DNA of 64,000 bases from Squalus acanthias (taxonomy: Eukaryota), in contig CM059432.1 of the NCBI GenBank assembly GCA_030390025.1, positions 127,720,001 to 127,784,000 on the forward strand, read 5' to 3'. The position numbers and the translations under genes were made by a program. This document shows, piece after piece, positions 36,614-49,346 of this stretch. A model generated the notes under the pieces. It was not told the origin of the DNA and did no database searches. It saw only the letters and a list, made by a program, of their open reading frames with translations. Position 1 is the first letter of the stretch. Every line of letters starts with the position of its first letter.

Positions 36614-37207
36614 AACAGAAAATGCTGGAAAAACTCAGCAGGCCAGGCAGCATCCGTGGAGAGAGAAAGAGAGTTAACGTTTCAGGTCGATGACCTTTCG
36701 TCAGAACTGTGAAGAGCCGGAAATCAAATAGATTTAAGGCCAGAGTAAAGCTGGGAAAAGGGGGAGGAGATAAAAGAACAAAGGGGGAGATGAAGAGACA
36801 TTAAGAGATATGCAAGGCTAGAGGTGGTGTTAATGTGACAGATTAAGGCTGAAAGAAGTGTGAAATCCACTGGCAGAATGAAGGACAGCTGCCAGCTTCT
36901 AGGAGGAAAAAAAAGGTGGGGGGGGCAAATAAAAGGGTGGAAAAAATAAAATATAAATGTGATTGGAGCTGAGGTTATGATCTAAAATTGTTGAACTCGA
37001 TATTGAGTCCAGAGGGCTGTAGCGTGCCTAAACGAAAGATGAGGTGCTGTTCCTCGAGCTTACGCTGCGCTTCCGTGGAACAGTGTAATAGGCCGAGGAC
37101 GGTGAGGTCAGAGTGGGAGTGAAGCGGTGAATTAAAGTGACAGGCCACCGGGAGCTCGGGGTCCCCCTTACGGACTGAACGGAGGTGTTCCGCAAAGCGG
37201 TCACCCA
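36614..37207 (-). mobile_element. 5'-truncated Penelope-like element (second family): GIY-YIG C-terminus and pLTR
   Basis: ORF LGDRFAEHLRSV...PVACHFNS...EQHLIFRLGTLQPSGLN; 17-bp TSD ATTAATATAACTGCAAT at 36597-36613 and 37208-37224. Confidence 0.92.
36672..36708 (-). ncRNA. Minimal type I hammerhead motif
   Basis: Reverse complement reads AGTT-CTGACGA-A-AGGTC(ATC)GACCT-GAAA-CGT-T-AACT. Confidence 0.75.
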
Positions 37208-37399
37208 ATTAATATAACTGCAATGGCTTCAATTAATCATAAAATAAATAAATATGCTTATGGGAATAGCCAGGAGTTTGCTTTCTTTAAAAATCGATGA
37301 TCAAACCAAAGCAGATTCTGAAGAAAAACAATTTGTATAAAGCAAGTTTCTCTTTGATCTTCGTCACAGTGAGGGACGTCTCTAGCCAAGCTGCTCCAG

Positions 37400-38805
37400 C
37401 GCAGCTACGCCACTGACATCTACACGACAATGTGGAAAATTGCCCAGGTATGTCCTGTTCACAAAAGGCAGGATAAATCTAACACTGCCAATTACCACAC
37501 TCAGTCTACTCTAAATCATCAGCAAAGTGATGGAAGGTGTCAAGAGTGCTATCAAGCGGCACTTATTCACCAATAACCTACTCAGTTTGGGCTCCACTAG
37601 GACCACTCAACTCCAGACTTCATTACAGTCTTGGTCCAAACATGGATGAAAGAGCTTAAGTCCAGAGATGAGGTGTGAGTGACTGCCGTTGATGTCAAGG
37701 CAGCATTTGACCGAGTGTGGCATCAAAAAGTACTTGTAAAACTGAAGCCAATGGGGAAAGCGTGAAAACTCTCCACTGGCTGGATTCATACCAACACAAA
37801 GGAAGATGGTTATGGTTGTTGCCGTCCAATCATTCTCAGCTCCAGAACATTATTGCAGGAGTTTCTCAGGGCAGCATCCTATGCCCAACTAACTTCAGCT
37901 GCTTCATTAATGGCCTTCCCTGAATCATAAGGTCAAAAGTGGGGATGTTCGCTGATGATTTCAGTGTTCAGATGCATTCGCAATTCCTCAGATAATGAAG
38001 CAGTCCATGCCCACACGCAGTAAGACCTGGACAATATTCAGGCTTGGTCTGATAGTGACAAGTAACATTCACGCCACACAAGTGCCAGGCAATGACACTC
38101 TCCAACAAGAAAAAGCCTAACCGCCTCGCCTTGAGATTCATTGTCATTACCATTGCCGAATCCCCCACCATCAACACCCTGGGTGGTCACCATTGACCAA
38201 AAGCTCAACTGGACGAGCCACATAAATGCCGTGGCTATTTAGCAGGTTAAAGGTTGGGTATTCTACATCGAGTGACTCACCTCCTGACTCCCCAAAGTCT
38301 CTTCACCACCTACAAGCCAGGAGTGTGATGGAATACTCTCCACTTGCTTGGATGGATGCAGCTCCAACAACACTTGAAGCTCAAAACCAACCAGGACAAA
38401 GCAGTCCACCTGGTCAGCAAGTGTCCCCATTCACCAGCTTAAGCATCCACTCCCTCCACCACTGGCGTATCATGGCTGCAGCGTGTACTATCTACAGGAT
38501 GCACGACAACATGTGACCAAGGCTTCTTCGGCATCACCTCCCAAACATGCGCTCTCCACCACCTAGAAGGACAAGGGCAGCAGGTGCATGGGAACACAAT
38601 CACCTCCAAGTTATATACCATCACGACTTGGACATATATTGCCGTTCCTTTGTCGTCACTGGGTCAAAATCCTGGAACTCCCTAGCTAACAGCACTGTGG
38701 GAGTACCTTCACCACATGGACTTCAGCACTTCTCAAGGGAAACTATTGATGGGCAATAAATGCTAGCCTCGCCAGCGACGACCATATCCCAGGAATGAAT
38801 AAAAA
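37400..38805 (+). mobile_element. Degraded CR1-group LINE (RT and 3' tail)
   Basis: WKIAQVCPVHK, ANY, DVK.AFDRVWH, AGVSQGSIL.P..FSCFIN.LP, FADD and RSVMEYSPLAW motifs. Confidence 0.85.
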
Positions 38806-39674
38806 GAAATGCAGTTGCTTGAAAATGAATGCTTTTCAGATACCAGCTTCAGCCATGCCTAGATCAGACATATCATATCCAGAGTGACGTCCTCTCTACT
38901 CTTCCTAACACGATGTCTCAACCCAATCACAGAAGAGCTTCCCATACTGCATCAGTCGGAATGTTTGAGTTTCCTAGACAAGCGGCTTCTCCAAGTGAAA
39001 TTCCTACCGTACTACCAATTCATGAATCACAGGGAATTTTGCACTGTGGACCTGCAAATATGCTGAACTGTTGGTTAAGAGTGCCTTAAACTCATTATAA
39101 TTAAAGCCCTTACAACTTTGATTCTGTTAGTCTAAGCTGGATTTGAAACCCAAAAAAAACCATTTCATGATTTTCTAAGAAAAACTGTAGAACACACAAA
39201 AGAATTGATGCATATAAAAAGAAAACATCTACATTTATACATCTCTCAAATATCTCAGAGTGCTTGATCTACAATGAATTACATGGAAATGTAGTACACA
39301 GGTAGGGCAATTACATGAAAGTCCTTGGTATCTTCCCACAAAGACATTGCGCATTTATTTGTCCATGATCTAGCCTATTAAAATAATTTCTTTCGATCAT
39401 TCCCATACACTGAATTTTTCATTAATTTAAGGATGACTGTTTTACACAAGCTAATTAGCTATTGTTATTTTGCAGAAGACATTTATTTTATGAATTTGGA
39501 ATACCTGATATTTTACCATTGAGAAACAAAGTTCATCAATGCAGTTCTATAAATAAAACAAACTCAGTTACAGTTAGAGAATTGTTCAATAAAACCCGCA
39601 TCAGTAGTTACATGCAAGACACCCTAGTCGCGTATACATATATACGAAGGGTTAGGATTTGATTTATTCTCATG

Positions 39675-41076
39675 TGTTGAGATTAGCTTATTTCTGGTCT
39701 TTCAGATAATCAGGATCGACTGCAAACCAATATGGTGGGAATATTGTGTTTAAACAGAGTTTAAGACGGAATACAACACACTAGTTATATAGCAAAAACA
39801 TACGACCATGACAAGCAGCTGGTACCTGTCCCGATTGGACATACGGCTGGCGTGTGCGAACAGTTCTCCGGCTTACGGCCTTTCTCCCTCTTGTCTAGAA
39901 CCCCCAAGAATGGGTTGAGTCCACTCCCGGAAGCGTATTAGGCCCACTCTTGTATGGCTCTCTTCCACCGTCTCTGCCAAGGGCTTTTCAGGTCTTTCTC
40001 TTTCCCCTTTTTTAGGGGTGGGCCTGATGTAAAATATGGACAGGACCATTTAACCTGTGAAGGCTCTTCCTAAACCAAGGTTCCCAATGACACATCGAGT
40101 TCTTTGTCTCAACTTCGAGATGAAGATCCTCCCTCCAGGAGGGGTCTTCACAATCATTACATATGCTTTATTGTTTATACATTTTGAAGGCCTACCCATT
40201 GGAACTTCTCTTAACTCCCTTGTCCCTATCCTCCCTAGTTTGGAGTCAGACATGCCACTCTTGGCCATCAGATGTTCGTAACTGCTTGTCATCAGTTATT
40301 TATGTTCATACTGTTCATGCAGCTTTAGCTATGTAAAATGAACTATTTCATTATCAGACTATTGTACCATGGAATAAATCATTAAATTCCCAAAGATATC
40401 TTCTATTCTATTCTCATACACTGGTTAACTTACATATTTTAAAGCAGTTTTGTTAAACAGTCAAAATCCTAACTTAACATTATAATATGGTTATTAACAG
40501 TAATGGAAGAAACATAGGCGTTGGCCCTTGGTTGGTCAAATTAAAGATACATAAAACAACCTTCCTAGCACACAAAAAGCAGACAGCTAGCCTGGAAACA
40601 AGGTCATATGTGACCCACAGTGTAAAATGTTATAACATCCACAGGGAACCAAAACATAAGCAAATTCTAAGCATCTATCCAGTTATTCTAACACCAGTCT
40701 GAAGAGACTTTTTGTTTCAAGTTCTGATACAGTCATGTAAACACAATCTTATTCACGTCACAATTTCATTCGCATAACCCCATATATTGTGGATACCCAA
40801 ATTTCTAACAAACTCCCCACCTTGAGAGGGAGAAAACTCTTTCTATTTTGCATACATCGTGCCGGTTCTAAATTGTTAGTTCGACGGTTCAATCGGAGGG
40901 TCAGGCGTTTCAAATAGCAAGACATCATAATAAAGACTATTAAGACCAGATACTGGGCCTGCTGATATCATTCATGCCCAGGGATGCTGACTGGCATTAT
41001 AAGCTACTTCCCACCACTCGTGGTGCCCTAATTTACTTATTGCTTTCTCAACTTGGGCGTTAGTTAGTAGGGAGAC
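39675..41076 (-). mobile_element. Probable LTR retroelement remnant: env-like C-terminus, PPT and ~1.1-kb 3' LTR (39675-40810)
   Basis: Minus strand has AAGGTGGGGAG-TT followed by TGTTAGA...TCTCAACA. Upstream degraded coding reads LGHHEWWEVAYNASQHPW then QYLVLIVFIMMSCYLKR (hydrophobic anchor plus basic residues). Confidence 0.5.
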
Positions 41077-41567
41077 TCAGAAATTAAGATTTCCCTCTTT
41101 CTTACATGTGATTAAGTTTTTTTGCTTTCTTTTTACTTATAAATGGTTTGCACTGTAGCTAGAAATAATGAAATGGTTAAAGTTGTTCATTCCCAGGATG
41201 CTTCAAGGTTTAATATGTATGGGTACAATTTATCTGACTCTGCTGTTTAGCTTCTGCTGAGGTGCAAAATGTGGGTTGCAGGATAGGTGATTTGTGCCTG
41301 TTGACTTCTTTTAGTCACTACATTGTGAAACAAGACAGCCAAGACACTCGAGATAGGAAGTGGGCCAATAGGACAGGATGGTAAACAAGTTGGCATCTGG
41401 TGTTTTGTAGGAACTCTCATTTCTGGGGTCTTATTCACAATGACACTTGTCATGTCATAATGAATCAGCAAGGACAATGTGTGTGACTAGAGACCTATAA
41501 AGATCTTGAGCTTTCCTTAATAATCTTTAGAGAGAGAGTCACAATCGAAAGGATCAATGAAGGTTAT

Positions 41568-41895
41568 GGGGGAAAAATTCAGTTGGTTGCGCCTCCCGTT
41601 AGCACCTTAAGAGGGCGCAAAGCAACTAGCGCCCGGACGCGGCGATGTTTGCGCCGCTCGCGAAATTAACTAGACATTTTGCGGCGGTGCTAAACAATAC
41701 CGCCACGATCTCCTGCGCCGGCAGATCGTGACGTCAGTCGAGTGCGCAACGCCCCGGAGCGGATATTGAGTGGCGCCCCCTGCAACGACAGGTTGAGGGG
41801 AGCATTTTGCAGTCAGGAAGGGACTGGGGGAGCGCTATTTAAAGGCGACTGCTTCCTGCCTTTTTTTGTTGGCGACATTTTTGAACCACGCATTC

Positions 41896-41954
<59 letters not shown>

Positions 41955-42479
41955 AAGAGAGACTGACTGACTGACTTCTGGAAAGATTCAACGCTGTGTG
42001 AAGGAGTTTTGGATACTGAGCAGCACTTTGCAGGTTCATTTTGATTTGCCCTTCCTTGTATCGATTTAGAAGAGACCGTGAGGGCTGCACTCTGAGCTCT
42101 TTCCCTGGGCCTCTCCATTGTTCTTTCCAGCAGATTTGATGTACAGGTCTTTCCAAGCCGAGATTCAAGGCTGCAATGAGCAGGATGTGGATGGAAAGCA
42201 AGATCAACCCTCCCCTTTAAGAACTGGCTGGGGCCATTGTGTCTGTGTTCCATTGCTGACTGACATCACATGAGCTTCGCCAGCGCTCTGAGTTAGCGCC
42301 TCGCTCCTCGGCCTTTGCGCCTTAAGACAGATGTGTAGCGCCTGATTTAGCGCTCCAATCACCTCCAGGGGCGATAAAAGTCAAGTTTGCAGTCAGATGC
42401 GATAATTAGCACCAGGCGCTAAGCTTTGCGCCTGGCCGATAATTGCGCCCCAAACGGGGCGATACTGAATTTTTCCCCC
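41568..42479. mobile_element. Non-autonomous PIF/Harbinger-like DNA transposon
   Basis: Perfect 16-bp TIR GGGGGAAAAATTCAGT / ACTGAATTTTTCCCCC; 3-bp TSD TAT on both sides; GC-rich TAGCGCC subterminal repeats. Confidence 0.85.
41899..41949. repeat. (GA)n microsatellite, ~25 units
   Basis: Directly visible. Confidence 0.95.
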
Positions 42480-43444
42480 TATGTCTCTACCCAGGGAAAA
42501 ATGGGATATTGCATTTATTTCTCTGTAGGTCTACTGCTTAATGATATTCCGTGTGTCTGGACTTGGTTGAACACAATAAAAGGATTATGTTGCAACCATA
42601 TTTGGTTTGTCAGATTCGAATTGTCTTACAATAAGTATCTATGAATTGTAATCCATAATAAATCCTGACAGGAAGACTGCACACTAAATTAATTAGATTT
42701 TATAGAGTTCAATTTGCTTCAAAGAGACTCCATGGAAATCTTAAGATAACTATACGCTAATTAAAATTTACAATTAGAGATGCATGCCAAAGAAAATTCC
42801 AAGAATTTCAGTTTGTTTTAAAAAAGTAACAAGTGCAAGTTACCAGTAGCTGTTCGCAAAATATTGATCGCAGTCCTCTGATACAACAGATCTACAAACA
42901 ACCACTTCAAGTCCTGCATGGAAGCACAGCCCGAAGATTAGAATTAGGCAGCAATTAAACAAGACGACCAAACAACTTCATCAGGCACTCCGCAGTACAC
43001 CACTAGACAAAAGATTAGCTCATGACGAGGACAAAGTAACCTTACCATACAAACATCAATATAAATCAAACCTACACACAACTCAACATTAACACTGGTT
43101 CATTGGAACCCTGAACAACACGTTTGAGAATACGCCAGCCCCAGTGTAAATATGACAGGGTTGACAGACCATTGATTTCATTCAGTATCAATACATACTT
43201 GAGTGTGCTGTTTTTCCCAAATGGACATTTTTTCTACACAACTTTTAGAAACTACCTCCAAACACAAGACAGCACAAAGCACAGCAACTACATTTTTACT
43301 TTATTATGCTAGCAGACAAGTACAGTCAACTTGGCATCTTATAAATCGTAAAAGGAGACTACGTCTAATGCTCGAGTGAAGAAGGGAAATATCCGTCATG
43401 GTTCCTACTCCTGCACCTAAGTTCCCCACCTGCTGAAAGTGTGC

Positions 43445-45160
43445 ATAGGAACAGGAGTAGGCCATTCAATGCCTCAAGCCTGTTCCGCCATTCAATTAGA
43501 TCATGGCTGATCTGTCGCTCAATTCCATCTACCCACCTTGCTTCCGTAACCCTTCATACCCTTGCCTAACAAAAATCCATCAATCTCAGTTTTGAAATTT
43601 TCAATTGACCGAGCCTCAACAGTTTTTTGGGGTGAGAGTTCCAGATTGCCACTACCCTTTGTGTGAAGAGGTGCTTCCTGACATCACCCCTGAACAGCAT
43701 AGCTCCATTTTAAGGTTATGCCCCCTTGTTCTGAACTCCCCCACCAGAGGAAAGTTTCTCTCCATCTACCCTATCAAATCCTTTAATCATCTTAAGTAAC
43801 TCAATTAGATCACCCTTTAATCTTCTGTACTTAAGGGATTCAAGGGAATACAAGCCCAGTCTATGCTGTAGATGGAATTGAGAGACAGATCAGCCATGAT
43901 CTAATTGAATGGCAGAACAGGCTTGAGGCATTGAATGGCCTTCTCCTGTTCCTATGCACACTTTCATAATTTAGCCCTTTTAGCCCCCGTATCATTCTGG
44001 TGAATCTGCACTGCACACCCTCCAAGGCCAATACATCCTTCCTGAGGTGCGTTGCCCAGAACTAAATGCAGTACTCTAAATGGGGTCTAACCAGAGCACA
44101 ACTATAGCATAACTTCTACCCCTTTGTATTCCAGCCCCCTTGATAAAAGCCAACATTCCATTAGCTTTTAAAATTATTTTTTGTACCTGTCCACTAGATT
44201 TTAGTGATTTCTGTATTTGGACCTCTAAATCTCTCTGCTCCTCCACAGTTCCTAGCTTCTCGCCATTTAGAAAATACTCTGATCTATCTTTCTTAGGTCC
44301 AAAGTGGATGACCTCACACTTCCCCACATTTATTCCTCCATCTAAGTCTTTTGTAAATATAGTGAAAAGCTGAGGCCCCAGTACAGATCCCTGGGGGACA
44401 CCATTAGTCACATTGGTATACATACCCATTATCCCTACTCTGTCTCCTACCTCCTAACCAATTCCCTACCCATGTCAATAGGTTGCCTCTAATTTCTCTC
44501 TCCCACCCTTCTTAAATAATGGAGTAGCATTGGCAATTTTCCACTCCAAGGGGATAATCTCTGAATCAAGAGTTTTATAAGATCATGACTAAAGCACCCT
44601 CAATTTCCTCACTTACTTCTTTTAATAACCTGGAGTGGAATCCTTCCTGTCCTGGTGACATGTCTATCTTTAGTCTCATTATTTTCTCCATTACTTTTTT
44701 ATTTTACGTACATTAAACCTACTAAATTCCTCCTCTTGATTTATTTTTACTTTTACTCATATCTCTGGTACTTTATCCTCATTCTCTACTGTGAAGACCG
44801 ATACAAAGTATGTATTAGCAAGTCTGCCATTTTATTATAGTATTCAATTACAGTAACACCTGCATCTGTCTTTAAGGGGCCCACATTACTCTTAGCCACC
44901 CTCTTTCTCTTAATATACTTGCAAAATCCTTTAGTGTTGTCCTTGACATCACTCGCAAGTTTTTTTCCTCATATTCCCTTTTTGCAGCGCTTACTACTTT
45001 TTGTGTTCCTTTGCTGATCTTTATATCTCTCCCAGTCTGTGGAATCTCACTGTTCTTTGCATTCGGCTAAGCCCCTTTTTTTAGCTATATACTATCCCTC
45101 ACTTCTCTTGTTGACCAAGATGGTTTAATTACACAAGTAGAGCTCGTGCCCTTTAGGGGT
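43445..45160 (-). mobile_element. Degraded CR1 LINE with internal deletions and an inverted duplication
   Basis: ORF GVPQGSVLGPQLFTIF...KCEVIHFG...KANGMLAFI; CR1 tail at the left end. Confidence 0.85.
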
Positions 45161-45165
45161 ATGTA

Positions 45166-45910
45166 CAACAACAACTTGTATTTAGATAGCACCATTAACG
45201 TAGTAAAACGTCCCAAGGAATATTAGAAGACAAGACAAAAAAATGACACCGAGCCATATAAGGAGAAATTAGGGCAGATGACCAAAAGCTTGGTCAGAGG
45301 TAGGTTTTAAGGAACGCCTTAAAGGAGGAAAGAGAAGTAGAGAGGCGGAGAGGTTTAGGGAGGGAATTCCAGAGCTTAGGGCCGAGGCAGCTAAAGGCAC
45401 CAATAGTAGAGCGAAGAAAATCAGGGATGCACAAGAAGCCAGAATTGGAGAAGTGCAGAGATCACTGTGGGTTGTAGGGCTGGAGGAGGTTAGAGAGATA
45501 GGGAGGGGCGAGGACATTGAGGGATTTATAAACAAGGCTGAAAATTTTAAAATCGCGGCATTGCCGGATCAGGAGCCAATGTAGGTCAGTGAGCACGGGC
45601 GATGGGTGAACGGGACTTGGTGCGAGTTAGGATATGGCAGTAGAGTTTTGGGTGAGCTTAAGTTTACAGAGGGTGGAAGGTGGGAGGCCGGCCAGGAGTG
45701 CATTGGAATAGTGAAGTCTGGAGCTAACAAAGGCATGGATGAAAGTTTCAGCAACAGACGAGTTGAGGCAGGGGCGCAGACAGGCGATGTTATGGAGGTG
45801 GAAGTAGGCAGTCTTGCTGATGGAGAGGATATGGGGTCGGAAGCTCAGCTCAGGGTCAAATAGGATGCTAAGGTTGCAAACAGTCTGGTTCAGCCTCAGA
45901 CAGTGGCCAA
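45166..45910 (-). mobile_element. L2 LINE 3' portion
   Basis: High similarity to 28948-29710; FDPELSFRPHI...AYFHL.NIA.LRP...IHAFVSSRL.YSNALLAGLP. Confidence 0.92.
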
Positions 45911-46694
45911 AGAGTGTGTTGGATAAAGAGAGGGATAAAATTATCAATATTGCTACTCCTCCTCCTTTTCCAAATTCATAGAGCCATGTGGTGGAACTAC
46001 AGCAAGGAGTTAATACCTCTCCTCCCCACACTCGCTCTTAGGTAAGAAAACTAGTGAGTTTTTTCTCTTCGGCATTTTTCAACAGTCAGACTCCATTTTT
46101 GATTATGCATTACTAGATTTGGAACACTGCACACCCTGGGAATTGCTCTCATGGTAGAACGCAGTATCTCCACATTTCATTTAGTCCTAAAGGTCTCAAT
46201 TTACAGATAAACAGAAGAAATATAATGCTGGAATAGTATTTATACTCGACCGCTACCTATGTTGTACTACTGTAATAGTAAATAAAACTAACACCAGTCA
46301 TGCGATGGAATGGCATAGCTAAAATATTCTATCACCCAAGTGCTCACCACTCTCACCCAAAAGTGGCAGGCAGAACACTGAAAAGATTAATATAGATTAC
46401 AATTATATCGACGGCCAAAGCTGAAATGGTGACTGCGTACAGAAAGTGAGAAGCTAACAGCAGCGAGTGCTGGCAGAGCTGAGAGCAGACAGGAGAATCT
46501 TGTGGTACCAATGGCCAACCTGGTTATGAAAGTTGTCTGGTATAAATTAGAGACAAATATATAATGGTGCACAAGGCAACAATTGAAACTTGAGGTTCCA
46601 GTGACATTAAGCAGCCTAAACTTCTCAGTTTACTCCCCATCTCAGTGCAGATATGCAATGACTTCTCTTCCTACCCTCCGCACTATTATACCTG

Positions 46695-46820
46695 GAATCT
46701 CCCAATGATCTATCCTCGGCCCCCTCCTCTACACATGGTCCCTTGACGATATCATCTGAAGGCATGGGAATCAGGTTTCACATGTCGGCTGACGACACAC
46801 AGTTCTACCTCTCCACCGCC
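46695..46820 (+). mobile_element. Small L2 RT fragment
   Basis: ATCCTCGGCCCCCTCCTCT...TTTCACATGTCGGCTGACGACACACAG (FHMxADDTQ). Confidence 0.6.
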
Positions 46821-49346
46821 TTCAAAACAATTCACACCACAGTCCCAAATCAATTATAAAAGGTCGCTCACACAAATTATTGATGGAACAACTTCAGGTT
46901 CTGGTTTTATTCTATGGCCAAATTTCAGATCTAGATTGGAAACATTCAGACAGGGATACTCATTAACCTTTGACAGAGAGGCATAATCCCATTTACTGAA
47001 GCGCGGCTGATTCGCACCAGGATTTGGTGAAGTGTATTTTTTTGTCCGTAACTGCATGCAAACCCTTTCAAAAATGGGAACATCTTCAATATTTTGCGGT
47101 CTCTTTCAAATGCTGGGTCACGAAGCATTAGCCCAACTGAGTCACAGCTCCTGGCAATTACAAAGCATGCTTTCAGCCAATCGCGCACAGTATCCAATCA
47201 CCTGGAAGAGGCACTGTCGTGTCATTTAAATTGGACACTGGTGCTACAAGCAGCTGGCAGTGCCCGGCCCAAAAACAAGATGAACTTTCAAAAGTTGAAA
47301 CAAACTAGTTGTCAGTTCCACCGCCATTCACAGGCTATCTTGGGATTTCCCTTCATTAAACCCGCAATGGCAGTGAGACCAGTGAGCAGTGTTCCATGCA
47401 TCAGTTTCAGTGCCATGGGGGGCCAGTTTTCCCCCAAATTCAGAGTGACACAATGAAAAAAGGTGACTCCTGCTCTTCCATCGCTGCAAAACATAACCGA
47501 CCGTGAGACAATATCGTCTATAAATTACCGCTGGCGATATTAGAGGACAAATGTGCGCCGGTGCTTTCTGCCGCTGGAGAGCGAGAAACAAAACGCAGTG
47601 AAGGCAAAACTAGCCCAAGATGCGGAACACCGCTGAAAGTTATCTGTTAAAACCATCGGCTGTAGGTTTCATAAGAGGCATTCGCCAGCGCTGGGGTTGC
47701 TGGGAGAGCTCCACCGCCATAGATTCCGCCCTCTACCCAGACAAGAGCCGCCGGTAACTCCTCTGACAATACCATCTACCGCAGGAGAGTTGGTGGCACT
47801 CCTGCCGTGTGAGCAGCCCTGGCTTTAGTATAACATGTCTGCACTCCATCAACTAAATCACGGTGCGGTGACTCAGATCCCATTATTTAGACCTAATTCA
47901 CCAGCTACTTTCTCGTACACATTCATTAACTTTGTATATGTTTCATGTAGCAGTCTCGCCGATTTTAGTTCAGTTTAAGACTGAACATGGGAGAGGCTGC
48001 TGTTAACTCTGGTACATGCGATGTATCTATGGGGTTTAGAAGCGCATTGGACAATGTTGTACTGTTCTCCGTGCCTTGAATTATATTCTTCCAGGTAAAG
48101 ATTACTTACAACTTGATTTTCAAACAGAGAAAAAAAAGGAAGAGTCCATCACGATGGCGAGGATTTTCCTTAGCATGTTTCTCTTTTCAATAGCTCTAAT
48201 AAATATTACCTAGTTCTGTAATCTTAATCAAAAGCAAAAGTAGCTATCTTCTTTATATGTTCAACACCAGCTACCGGTTTAAATACAATCAGGAGGCATC
48301 GATGCGGACACACCGTTAACAATGCACTAAAATGCTAATTATGACAAAGTCTAAACTGGGAAGAAGGAAATAGTCTCCAGAGATGAGGAAGAGGTTAGGA
48401 AGTAAATAGATGGGGAATCCAGCTGGCTACTTCAGTGGGCTTGGAAAGGGCCATTCAATTTCAACACCCCACTGGTGAGCGAGACAAACATGAGCTGTCA
48501 TCCCCAGTCTATAAACAAAGACTATGGTTTCTCGATGAAAAGCCAAAAAGAAAATCCTCGGCTTTTCTAAATCAGTCCGTCTAAATACTAAATGCCAACG
48601 GTAGATACACAAACAAGCTGCATGTGCAATTTCTAACAGTGCTAATAATGGTAAAGTGGTCCTAATATACCCAACTTGTCAATGAATAACCAATAACCCT
48701 TGCAATCACTCATCGCTACTATTTAAAGTCTCTACGGCAAATCGCAATCGCCAACTCTGATCCTATTCCGAGTCATGTTTAACCCTCACTTCAGGAGTAC
48801 AAATATATTTAATTCAAATATGCGCACGGTGAAAGAGATGGAGACACAAACAGTCTAAAGAATAGCTTTTCAAGGACAAAGACACAGATTTAACCTTCAG
48901 CAGCCTGTTCTGATTGCTGGCTGTTTTTAATTCATTTCTTTGTCACAAAGAGCACTCGGAGTACATTCAGTAACTCCTACTCCACCTTCTCTATCGCCGC
49001 CGATACGTCCACTGAGCATCCACTTCCCCCTGTCCGAGTGACAACCAAGTCTCTCCGGGCCGTGTGGCTGGATGTCCACTTACCCCTCTCCAACCGGCGT
49101 GTGTCTACATCTCCGGTGTCGATTGCTCCTTCTTCAGCCTAGCCACGTGTGCGTGCTGCCTTCTCTCTCTCTCTCTCCAACGCGCACTGTCCGGGCACAA
49201 GTTCTCCCTCTCCTGCCGATATACAGCCACTTTTTCCTAATCTGTGTGTCCCTCTCCAGTCTGGGCGTTCAGTAAATCTCCACTTCCAATCCATCCCTCC
49301 GGTATTTCCGCTCAACACTCCCCCACCCCTCCACTTGTTCTCTTAC

